Of a stretch of DNA of 64,000 nucleotides, positions 29,371-37,965 are shown in pieces. The stretch lies in the IMG/VR virus record IMGVR_UViG_3300031555_002574; one strand, given 5' to 3'. The stretch's first letter is position 1; every line of letters starts with the position of its first letter. The notes beneath the pieces were generated by a model. It was not told the DNA's origin. It saw nothing but the letters and a program-made list of their open reading frames with translations, and made no database searches. The stretch is from an uncultured virus (IMG/VR IMGVR_UViG_3300031555_002574) (Duplodnaviria > Heunggongvirae > Uroviricota > Caudoviricetes). The position numbers were made by a program, and so were the translations under genes.

Positions 29371-30048
29371 TTAATCTATATAATAATCATCATCTATTTC
29401 ACTAGGTTCTTCTTCCCACGTATCCCAGTCATCATAATCCTCATAAGTTAAAAATATTCTATCAACTTTTTCAGCAATATTTTCTAAACACTTATCAAAT
29501 CCGAATCTATAAGGAACCCATAATCTTCTATTTTCTAATATATCTAAAGCAAATACAGATTCACATCCATCAGGTATTTCATGTCTCATGTTTGTATTTA
29601 TACATTCTATATATGATAAATAATCATATATTTCATAATAATCTTTTTCCTCGGTTAACCCTACAAATTCTAATGCTTTTTTAGCATTACTTACATAATC
29701 TTTAACATCGGACTCGTTGATGGAATGAATAGACTTCATAACTTTATCATATGTTTCCTTATCAGATGCCCAATCTTTATAGAATGGTTTTTCATCAATC
29801 CATTGTGTATATCCGAATAGCTCGTTACTCCAATCAACACACTGTTCCAATAAATCGTTATCTAATTTCCATTGATTATATTCTTCATATAACTCATCTT
29901 TTTTCTTTCTAGCTTCATTAACTCGTAATCGTTCTTTCTCCATTTCAGATTCGTCATCTGTACAATGCATAACACATTCTACATCCATTTTTCCGAATAA
30001 ATCATGATATTCTTTATATACTTCTTTTAATAATTCTATTTTTTCCAT
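29371..30048 (-). CDS. hypothetical acidic protein
   Basis: The RBS favours the MEKIELL start; early-type promoter at 30085-30118. Confidence 0.6.
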   Translation of the reverse strand: MEKIELLKEVYKEYHDLFGKMDVECVMHCTDDESEMEKERLRVNEARKKKDELYEEYNQWKLDNDLLEQCVDWSNELFGYTQWIDEKPFYKDWASDKETYDKVMKSIHSINESDVKDYVSNAKKALEFVGLTEEKDYYEIYDYLSYIECINTNMRHEIPDGCESVFALDILENRRLWVPYRFGFDKCLENIAEKVDRIFLTYEDYDDWDTWEEEPSEIDDDYYID

Positions 30049-30145
30049 ATTTAATACCTCCAATAAGTTTTATTTGTTTCGTTATTATAATATATAATTG
30101 ATTTTTTTACTTTTTACAATAGAAAAAAAGATAAGGATTTTCTCC

Positions 30146-30328
30146 TTATCTTTTTTTACCTTGTTTTAATTTATATTCATCAGACACAACTTGATAAAAT
30201 ACCATTGGATCAGCATTATGTTCATTATAATATCTACACCAATGTTTTGCATCATATTCTATAATAAAATCATCTCTTATCAGTTCATCTTCATATATCA
30301 TATAAGCACATCTCTTAACAATTTTCAT
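30146..30328 (-). CDS. small hypothetical protein
   Basis: 60 aa ORF with GGAGG RBS. Confidence 0.55.
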   Translation of the reverse strand: MKIVKRCAYMIYEDELIRDDFIIEYDAKHWCRYYNEHNADPMVFYQVVSDEYKLKQGKKR

Positions 30329-30400
30329 AATTAATACCTCCCTATATTTGTTATTATACTGTTGGGGAACATATAAAAAATAACAGGTTATAACCTGTTA

Positions 30401-30859
30401 TTAACATAAACTTTCTTTACCTATTTCTAATACTTCTGGATATGTTTCTATAAAATCTATAGCCCATAAATCAGCCATACGTTCAATATTTATTTCTCTA
30501 TATGCTTTTTCATATTCATAATCATTTAATCTAAAATCTATTTTATTCATAGCTTGATTATAATTATGATTTATTACATCTGCTGGTATTCCTTCTAATG
30601 TTATATAATGTCCTATTTCATGTAATAATGAGAATACATAATTGTCTTTTTCTGTTAAGAATAAACCATACTCCATTATTAAATATTTCATCATAAATCT
30701 TTTCCACCATGATTGTTGTTCTAATGATCCAATATAATCTTCTGGAACTGTTATATTTCTTGATGATACGCCATATGTGAATTCTTCACCGAATATAATT
30801 TCCGGTTTTTCAAATCCTTCTATTTTACTTTCTACGAAATTTAATATATTATTATACAT
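30401..30859 (-). CDS. HEXXH zinc metallopeptidase-like protein
   Basis: LLHEIGH and ERMADLWA. Confidence 0.75.
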   Translation of the reverse strand: MYNNILNFVESKIEGFEKPEIIFGEEFTYGVSSRNITVPEDYIGSLEQQSWWKRFMMKYLIMEYGLFLTEKDNYVFSLLHEIGHYITLEGIPADVINHNYNQAMNKIDFRLNDYEYEKAYREINIERMADLWAIDFIETYPEVLEIGKESLC

Positions 30860-30975
30860 AAAACTACCTCCATATTATTATATTATTTTGATACTTCACT
30901 TTTATAATATGGTATTGAAATTCTAAGAATTACGGATCATAAAAAAAAAATAACAGGCTGAGCCTGTTATTTATA

Positions 30976-31626
30976 TTACCATCTTCTATTTTTAACTTTA
31001 ACTCTTATTATTCCTCTAGGTTTATCAACATGTTCATGTATTACTAAAGACCACCAGAATTTTATAAAGCCTCCAATTAATACACCAGCTATTAAGAATC
31101 CACCTATATACATTAACGCATTTAATATAAATGATATTACATAAAATCCTACATATCCTATTAAGGCTATTATACCTACTATAACTGCACCTATTCCTAA
31201 GAATGCTAAACCTACACCTATAAGAGTTAATATAGCTTTTCCTATACTCATTTCTTCTTTACTTTCTGGTTGTTTTTCTGTTTTACTTTCTGGTTGTTTT
31301 TCCTCTTTAGGTTCTTCTTTATTCTCTTTTTGTTTAAATTGTATAACATTATTAACAGGTTCTTCTTTAACTATAGGTTTAACTGGCTCTGGTTTTACAA
31401 TTGGTTTAACAGGTTTTTCTTTAACTGGTTTTGGTTCAATTTTTATAGACTTCACAACTTTTCTTAATTTTAAAGTTGGTAATACAAACATTGCTGTAAA
31501 TATAGCCCAGAATATTATTAAATCAAATTGTAAACATGCTATTGATGATATTAAACATAATCCACTTATAAATCCTAATATACCTAATATAACCATTAAT
31601 ATAACTAAACAAGTTTTCTTTAACAT
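30976..31626 (-). CDS. membrane protein with Pro/Lys/Glu-rich linker
   Basis: Two N-terminal and two or more C-terminal hydrophobic segments; KPV/KQPESK repeats. Confidence 0.65.
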   Translation of the reverse strand: MLKKTCLVILMVILGILGFISGLCLISSIACLQFDLIIFWAIFTAMFVLPTLKLRKVVKSIKIEPKPVKEKPVKPIVKPEPVKPIVKEEPVNNVIQFKQKENKEEPKEEKQPESKTEKQPESKEEMSIGKAILTLIGVGLAFLGIGAVIVGIIALIGYVGFYVISFILNALMYIGGFLIAGVLIGGFIKFWWSLVIHEHVDKPRGIIRVKVKNRRW

Positions 31627-31826
31627 AAACTATCAACTCCTTTATAAGATTCTAATTCTTCTATCATTAAATCATATTTAGCTAATAATTCTTCACATCT
31701 TTCTATATATTCATCCATTGTATCTGTGTTATTTTCTTTATTATATCTTCTATATGCTTCTAAATAATCTATTACCATATTTCTTTTAGTTTCCATTTCT
31801 ATTAATTTACCTTCTATATTCATCAT
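31620..31826 (-). CDS. small hypothetical protein
   Basis: ORF with GGAGG RBS (start MMNIEG). Confidence 0.55.
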   Translation of the reverse strand: MMNIEGKLIEMETKRNMVIDYLEAYRRYNKENNTDTMDEYIERCEELLAKYDLMIEELESYKGVDSLC

Positions 31827-31868
31827 ATATAATACCTCCAAATTTATTTTTTATATTATTAATTACAT

Positions 31869-32060
31869 CTATCTTGTTATTATATTCATTATGTTTACTT
31901 TCTTTTCTAATTCCCAATTGTTAGTTAATGCTTCTAAGCATAAATGTCTAATAGTTTCTTCAAATCTATTATCTTCTGCTACAGTACTTAACATTTGGTT
32001 TACTGTATTTTCATACATTTTTCTATATTCTTCATTTAAATTCATAAATTCTTTACTCAT
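31869..32060 (-). CDS. small hypothetical protein
   Basis: 63 aa ORF with GGGGAG RBS. Confidence 0.55.
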   Translation of the reverse strand: MSKEFMNLNEEYRKMYENTVNQMLSTVAEDNRFEETIRHLCLEALTNNWELEKKVNIMNIITR

Positions 32061-32108
32061 AACTTCTCCCCCATTTTTATATTATGAAGGTATAAGAGAT
32101 TTAATCTC

Positions 32109-32363
32109 TTATACCAATTGTACTGAAGACATTGCTACTTCTATTGTAACACCATTACTTAACATAACTTTAACAAATCCCCATTCATCTTCTTCTGAAT
32201 ATTCATCTCTTATAACTGTAATACCATGGGTTTTTAATAACATCGCTCTTCTTGTATGGAACATATTAAATACTTCATCTTTTTCTTTCGATTGTATATT
32301 TGACGTTGTTATTGTTTCTACATCATTTGTTAATAATTCTGTTATTGAATAAAATTCTATCAT
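32109..32363 (-). CDS. hypothetical protein
   Basis: 84 aa ORF with AAGGAG RBS. Confidence 0.55.
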   Translation of the reverse strand: MIEFYSITELLTNDVETITTSNIQSKEKDEVFNMFHTRRAMLLKTHGITVIRDEYSEEDEWGFVKVMLSNGVTIEVAMSSVQLV

Positions 32364-32364
32364 T

Positions 32365-32544
32365 TTACCACTCCTTATATTCTTTTTCTAATTTATCTAA
32401 TTCTTTATCTAATTGGTATATTTTGTATGCGATCATTAGTTGTTCCAAATAATTTATATACGGTTGATTTAAAAGATCTTTTTCTTCTTCTAATAATTGA
32501 TCTCTTTCTAATTTCAAATCGTAATATCTATCTGGTAATCTCAT
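32365..32544 (-). CDS. small coiled-coil hypothetical protein (59 aa, not in ORF track)
   Basis: MRLPDRYYDLKLERDQLLEEEK...EYKEW*; GGAGG RBS. Confidence 0.55.
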   Translation of the reverse strand: MRLPDRYYDLKLERDQLLEEEKDLLNQPYINYLEQLMIAYKIYQLDKELDKLEKEYKEW

Positions 32545-32642
32545 ACAAATACCTCCTAAAAATTGTTATATAGAAGATAGTTTATAAACTATCTTCTATA
32601 TTCACTATTATAATATAGTTCCGAAAATTTGTAAATTACAAT

Positions 32643-33422
32643 TTAATTTTCAGACGTCCATTTATTATATTTATCCATTACATCTGATATTAATATCGCT
32701 GCTTGTTCTGTAGTTGCTTTACATAGCATTTCTTCTAATTTAGGTATTACCTGTTTAGCAACAGCTTCTTCTTCCATTTCATTTATCATATCTGCACATT
32801 CTTCTATATACCACTCAATACTTTCCCAACCTTCTGTAAGAAGATATTTTATCCATTCAACTATGTTTGTATCATCTACAGATATAACACAATATTCATC
32901 TTTACTAAACCATAATTCACCTGCAAATACCATTCCAGGTTCATAGAATTTTAACGTAACTTCCAAATCTAACTCTTTATATTTTTCATACCACTGCATA
33001 AATATTCCTTCAGGTGGTCCCCATGGCGTATCGTAATAACAATGTAACTCTAATTTCATATTACGATTATCGTCTAATTTGTCAACTAATTCCTCTGAAA
33101 ACATTTCATCGTTTTTATTTGTCTGTAAATCATAATATCTTTTTTCTTCACCGTCAATATCAACTTCTAGACTTATTATTTGATCACCACAACAACTCCA
33201 TTTACATCCCCAATGTTCTAATCTCCAATGATACCAATCATCTATAATTTCTCCTGTCTTTTCATCTATTGGTGTTGGATCAAATTGTTCAAAATCTAAT
33301 TCATATAAAACATTATCTTTCTTTTCACCATATACATTACTTCTAAAGTTTTCTTTTATAAATGTTTTAACATCCTTCCCATTTCCTTGAACTATCATTG
33401 AATTAGCGCACCAGTTTGGCAT
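32643..33422 (-). CDS. DUF1281/YubB-like ferredoxin-fold protein
   Basis: MPNWC, LDF..P.P, WYHWRLEHWGCKW, DTPWGPP, FYEPG. Confidence 0.8.
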   Translation of the reverse strand: MPNWCANSMIVQGNGKDVKTFIKENFRSNVYGEKKDNVLYELDFEQFDPTPIDEKTGEIIDDWYHWRLEHWGCKWSCCGDQIISLEVDIDGEEKRYYDLQTNKNDEMFSEELVDKLDDNRNMKLELHCYYDTPWGPPEGIFMQWYEKYKELDLEVTLKFYEPGMVFAGELWFSKDEYCVISVDDTNIVEWIKYLLTEGWESIEWYIEECADMINEMEEEAVAKQVIPKLEEMLCKATTEQAAILISDVMDKYNKWTSEN

Positions 33423-33443
33423 ATAAATTACCTCCTCAAATAA

Positions 33444-34418
33444 TTAATTATTTTTATTCATAAATTTTTTATACATATCAACTAATGAAGCATACATTCT
33501 AGCTAATGTAAATACTTCTGCATTTGCTAAACTATAAACTGTATTTGATATTTTCGAATAAACTGAATTATACTTAAATTTGTTATTCATATGTGCAATT
33601 TTATCTGGGTCTGAATCTTTATATTCTAATTCTATATTTACCGGGAAACTATCTTTCATATCATACAACATTTCACATATATGAGTTATCATCTCATGTA
33701 AATTTACCCATTTATTAACTAACAATGATTGTGTATATCTTTCTAATTCTGTTTCTGCTAATACTTTATTTATATATCTATCTTCTGGTAAGTTATCTTT
33801 TTTATCTTCTATATATCGTGTATATCTTAAGAATTCATTTTCATCTGCCCAATTTGCTACTACTGATAATTCATAATATTCATACCATTTGTTAAGCAAA
33901 TCTAAAGGGAAGCTGTAAACTTCAAATTCAATTTCTAATGAAGCTTCTTGATTCATTTTTTTCTGTAATTCTTTTCTGTCTTGTATTGATGATATATTAG
34001 GTTGTGCAAAATAATCAAAGAATTCACTCATAAATTCTTTTGGTTTTGATACAAATTTATCTTGATAACAAACGCTTTTCTCGAATGTTTTATATATATC
34101 AAAGAATGATCCATGATTTTCAACTCTGAATTCATATATCTTTTTAGGTGCTTCTTCATAATCATACTCATCATCATAATAATGTTTAAATTCATTATTG
34201 TATATTATAATTTTCATATTACAACATTCAGCATATGGTTTTACTCCATAAACATCTTTCATGAATAACTCATCACTTTCCACCATTGTTTTACCAAAGT
34301 TCATAGAAGCTATAAATTTAAGACCATTATCAGTTACTTCTACAAACTCCATATTATCTACCATAAATTTTGTTACCTCTTTAACATTACCATGAAATCT
34401 AACTTTACATTTATTCAT
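33444..34418 (-). CDS. hypothetical protein, possible degenerate paralog of 32643-33422
   Basis: Similar N-terminus (CxxxxxGNxKxVxxF) and C-terminal spacing (KWYE.Y, LL..xW). Confidence 0.55.
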   Translation of the reverse strand: MNKCKVRFHGNVKEVTKFMVDNMEFVEVTDNGLKFIASMNFGKTMVESDELFMKDVYGVKPYAECCNMKIIIYNNEFKHYYDDEYDYEEAPKKIYEFRVENHGSFFDIYKTFEKSVCYQDKFVSKPKEFMSEFFDYFAQPNISSIQDRKELQKKMNQEASLEIEFEVYSFPLDLLNKWYEYYELSVVANWADENEFLRYTRYIEDKKDNLPEDRYINKVLAETELERYTQSLLVNKWVNLHEMITHICEMLYDMKDSFPVNIELEYKDSDPDKIAHMNNKFKYNSVYSKISNTVYSLANAEVFTLARMYASLVDMYKKFMNKNN

Positions 34419-34492
34419 AATTCGTTACCTCCTATAAATTTTATTTTGGAACATAAAAAATAAGAGGATAGAATTTCTATCCTCTTATATTC

Positions 34493-34969
34493 TTAAAGCT
34501 TGCTAGCTCCGTAGCTTGCTCCTCTTCTATTATTATTGTTATTATTGTTATTTTGTTTATTAACATTTCCTTGTTTTAAGATTATTCTTTCATATAATGC
34601 TAATAGACTATCTACACCTTCTTCTATCTTAGCTAAGCTTGGAGTTAAATCTGAATTTGAAGCTATTTTTATAGCCTCAATTATATTGATAACTTCTTGA
34701 AGTTTTCTACTTACTTCTACTTTGTTTTGCATCTTACAATTTATCTTAGCTCCACAAATTCTACAAACTAGAACACCATCTTCTTGACCTTGTTGTACTG
34801 CTGGTCTACCGTGACTATCTTTATGGTCACAGTTAAATCTAATTCTTCTGTCACGTCTTTCTAAATTCTCACGTTCTATTTTCATTTGTCTTAGCTCTTC
34901 GGCAACTTTATTTCCATTTCCTTGTTTTTGGTTTCCATTCATATTATTATTATTATTTAAATTACTCAT
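34493..34969 (-). CDS. putative zinc-binding protein with Asn-rich termini
   Basis: CDH...CRIC motif; preceded by tandem early-type promoters at 35045-35077 and 35112-35145. Confidence 0.6.
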   Translation of the reverse strand: MSNLNNNNNMNGNQKQGNGNKVAEELRQMKIERENLERRDRRIRFNCDHKDSHGRPAVQQGQEDGVLVCRICGAKINCKMQNKVEVSRKLQEVINIIEAIKIASNSDLTPSLAKIEEGVDSLLALYERIILKQGNVNKQNNNNNNNNRRGASYGASKL

Positions 34970-35177
34970 ACTTGTTACCTCCTAGATATTATATATTTTT
35001 TATTTGGATCATAGAAATTAATATATTATTATTTCTATTCACTAATATAATATAGTATCGTTTTTTCACGTTTTACACTTTTATACATTATATTAATTTC
35101 TACTTTCACCTTTATAATATAGCTTTAAAATTCCTGCCTATTACACTTTAGAAAGTTGTTTATATTTGTATAAAATT

Positions 35178-35456
35178 TTAGTCTAAAACATCTCTTATTA
35201 TTATACCTGCTTCTACATCTTTTATTGTATACACATGAACCACTTCATCCATAACTAAATAAGATACAGCTTCTCTATTAGATGTATCTTTATGTTTTAA
35301 TTTAATAAATTCTTGACCTCCTAATACAACTAAATCATCTAAGCTTAAAGCGTATCTACTAAAATAAAATTTAGTCCCGTTTGCCTGTCTGAAACCTATT
35401 ACTCCTTCAGGACCTCCGATTTCGTTAATTATCGCTTTTAACGCATCTATTGTCAT
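35178..35456 (-). CDS. hypothetical protein
   Basis: 92 aa ORF with an ATGA overlap to the upstream gene. Confidence 0.6.
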   Translation of the reverse strand: MTIDALKAIINEIGGPEGVIGFRQANGTKFYFSRYALSLDDLVVLGGQEFIKLKHKDTSNREAVSYLVMDEVVHVYTIKDVEAGIIIRDVLD

Positions 35457-35620
35457 TTTCTTTTACCACCTTTCTTCTTTTTTCTTTTACCTTTACCATG
35501 TTTCTCTATACCTAATTGTTTCATTATCCTTTCAATTCTTTCCTCCTTGGTTTCAGGAGGTTTGTAATTTCCATTACCTCCTGTACCTCTGAATGCTTTT
35601 TGTAAATTCTTAGGTATCAT
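35453..35620 (-). CDS. small highly basic protein (55 aa, not in ORF track)
   Basis: MIPKNLQKAFRGTGG...HGKGKRKKKKGGKRK*; AAGGAG RBS. Confidence 0.55.
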   Translation of the reverse strand: MIPKNLQKAFRGTGGNGNYKPPETKEERIERIMKQLGIEKHGKGKRKKKKGGKRK

Positions 35621-35632
35621 TAAATCATCTCC

Positions 35633-36823
35633 TTAATAAGCATATATTAATCCTTCTCTAGCTCTAGTTATTCCTGTGTAATTCAGTTTATTCTGTATAT
35701 CTCGATCTCCTCTACCAAAAGGTTCTGATATAAACAACACGTTTTCTGCTTGCGAACCTTGCGATAAATGAACGGTTATACAATCACCAAATTCGAACAT
35801 ATCATACATAGAATAACCTTTTTTATAATTTCCGTTATCTGTTTGTATACTATTTATTAAAGTTTTATAATCTATTCTAACATTGTTAAATATCAATTTA
35901 TCATTAAAATCTGGTGTAAATGATATATCAACAGTTCTTGTGTTATATGTTGATTTATCGACATTATTAACATAACCTAACATACCATTTACTAAATAAA
36001 CTCCATCACCAATTATTCTATTTCTATTATTCTTTCTACATATCAACTTCTCTCCAACCACGGGTAAATCTGAATCAATACCTCTTAATTCTTCACGTAT
36101 ATATTTATTAATTCTAGCTCTACTAGCATTAGTTGGTGTTAAAATCATATCTGCATTTAATAGCATATTATCATTAACTTTATCCTTGGGAATAACATAA
36201 CATTTATCGCCATATTTCCCATAAGGAATATGATCTCCTCTAGATGCTAATTGACTTAAATATATAATCGGGTTTCCTTCTGCTTGTCGCATTATTTTAG
36301 TTAAAACGTAATCAGGTCTAATGAGGTATTTAGTACCTCCTATAACAGGAGGTAATTGTTGTAAATCTCCTAAGCATACTATAGGTATATTAAATGACTC
36401 GATATCGATTCCAAATGATTCATTTACCATAGGAGCTTCATCTATTACAATCAGTTTAATATTCCTAGGAATCGATTCTTTTTTAATAAACTCAGGTCGT
36501 GTTACTACTTTACCATTCTTTATAACAGCTTTACCTTCTTCGTCTTTTACAGGTACAAACTCAATGTTATAAAAAGCACTATGAATCGTTCTACCATTTA
36601 CACCACTTCGGGTTAATTGTAAAGCCGCTTTACCTACATAAGCCACAAATAAAACATCTTCCATTTTCAATCCCAGTTCTTGAATTATAGTCTTCACTAT
36701 AGTTGTCTTACCTGAACCAGCAGGACCACTAATCTCAAATGTCTGTTTAGATGAATAATTATTAAACCATTTAACTGCCATTTTAACGCATTCATCTTGC
36801 TGGTCATTTAAAACTATTCCCAT
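35633..36823 (-). CDS. Dda/RecD-like SF1 helicase
   Basis: GPAGSGKT, IDEA, GDLQQLPPV, IMRQ, TVHLSQGS, YTGITRA. Confidence 0.92.
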   Translation of the reverse strand: MGIVLNDQQDECVKMAVKWFNNYSSKQTFEISGPAGSGKTTIVKTIIQELGLKMEDVLFVAYVGKAALQLTRSGVNGRTIHSAFYNIEFVPVKDEEGKAVIKNGKVVTRPEFIKKESIPRNIKLIVIDEAPMVNESFGIDIESFNIPIVCLGDLQQLPPVIGGTKYLIRPDYVLTKIMRQAEGNPIIYLSQLASRGDHIPYGKYGDKCYVIPKDKVNDNMLLNADMILTPTNASRARINKYIREELRGIDSDLPVVGEKLICRKNNRNRIIGDGVYLVNGMLGYVNNVDKSTYNTRTVDISFTPDFNDKLIFNNVRIDYKTLINSIQTDNGNYKKGYSMYDMFEFGDCITVHLSQGSQAENVLFISEPFGRGDRDIQNKLNYTGITRAREGLIYAY

Positions 36824-36911
36824 ATACATTACCTCCTTACAAAACAAATCGATATTTATTTGTCTATAAAAATATACAATATTATAATTATTAAATTTTA
36901 GGAGGCTTAAT

Positions 36912-37358
36912 ATGGATATAACAAATGTAAATGAAATAGAAATAAATCAACTAGAATATTGTACTATTGCTGAAAAAACTTATTTGCCCGCAGATTCGGT
37001 AAAAGTATATATACCTAAACTTACTGTTGATACTAGTAAAGCAACTGTAAGAGCTAATAAATCGATTTTAGTAAATGACGAAGAATGTAAACCTACAATA
37101 GTAAACCCTATAAAATTATCAGATACTATCGTTGTAAAAACATTCTCAGGATTAGAATTGTCTAAATCTGCAGTTGTTAAGAAAAGTCAATGTGGTTGTA
37201 CAGTTGTAAACCATGAATTAGTTAAAAAATGTTTAGGAGCTAATAATAAATTTATAGATGGGCATATAGTCGAAGCTTATCTACCGAAAGGTGCACAAAT
37301 GATAGTATGTTTTATGAACGGAAATATAAATGATGCGTATTTAACAAATTTCATCTAA
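36912..37358 (+). CDS. putative baseplate hub protein (Gp5-type OB-fold-like)
   Basis: VKVYIPKL ... LPKGAQMIVCFMNGNI pattern; adjacent to a wedge-like gene. Confidence 0.45.
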   Translation: MDITNVNEIEINQLEYCTIAEKTYLPADSVKVYIPKLTVDTSKATVRANKSILVNDEECKPTIVNPIKLSDTIVVKTFSGLELSKSAVVKKSQCGCTVVNHELVKKCLGANNKFIDGHIVEAYLPKGAQMIVCFMNGNINDAYLTNFI

Positions 37359-37369
37359 GAGGTGATTGA

Positions 37370-37813
37370 ATGGCTTTAAGACATAGAAATAAATCTACTA
37401 TACAAGATGTTATAGAAAATGGATTAGAATTAAAAATGACGATAAAAGATTTAGCATTTAAAGAAGTTATAACTAATAGTTCTGGAGAAATGTTTGTTGT
37501 CAATATGTATAATTTATATGAAAAATATTATGAACTATTATTAGAACACTCAACTATAGCTGTATTATCTAATGAGGAATATAAAAGATATAGGTTACAA
37601 CCAAAAAGATTAGCTCATGATTTATACGGAAATCAGGATTTATATTACTTACTATTAAGATTAAACCATGTATATTCTATAATTAATTTCGATTTTACAG
37701 AAGTGAGAGTTTTTACATCAGAAATAATCAATTTATTAAATGAAATAATGGTAATGGAATCAGAAGATTTTATTGACAACGAAATGTCAGTATTGAAGAA
37801 GATAAATGAGTAA
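37370..37813 (+). CDS. putative baseplate wedge protein (T4 gp53/LysM-like)
   Basis: YRLQPKRLAHDLYGNQDLYYLLLRLN motif. Confidence 0.65.
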   Translation: MALRHRNKSTIQDVIENGLELKMTIKDLAFKEVITNSSGEMFVVNMYNLYEKYYELLLEHSTIAVLSNEEYKRYRLQPKRLAHDLYGNQDLYYLLLRLNHVYSIINFDFTEVRVFTSEIINLLNEIMVMESEDFIDNEMSVLKKINE

Positions 37814-37833
37814 AAATACTCATTTATCTTCTT
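37796..37833. terminator. bidirectional terminator-like hairpin
   Basis: AAGAAGATAAATGAGTA-AAAA-TACTCATTTATCTTCTT between convergent genes. Confidence 0.6.
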
Positions 37834-37842
37834 CACATGTTG

Positions 37843-37926
37843 TATTGAGACCAAATGATAAACTTCATCATTTGAAAGGATAATAAAATTATCCCCTACT
37901 TACAAACTTCATAAGTAATCTCAATA
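37843..37926 (-). ncRNA. candidate small four-way-junction RNA with two identical GAAGUUU loops
   Basis: A closing stem plus three hairpins; G-U extensions form only on the minus strand. Confidence 0.55.
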
Positions 37927-37965
37927 TAAAAAAATAAAATTGTTAAAAAATAAATTATAAAAAAA

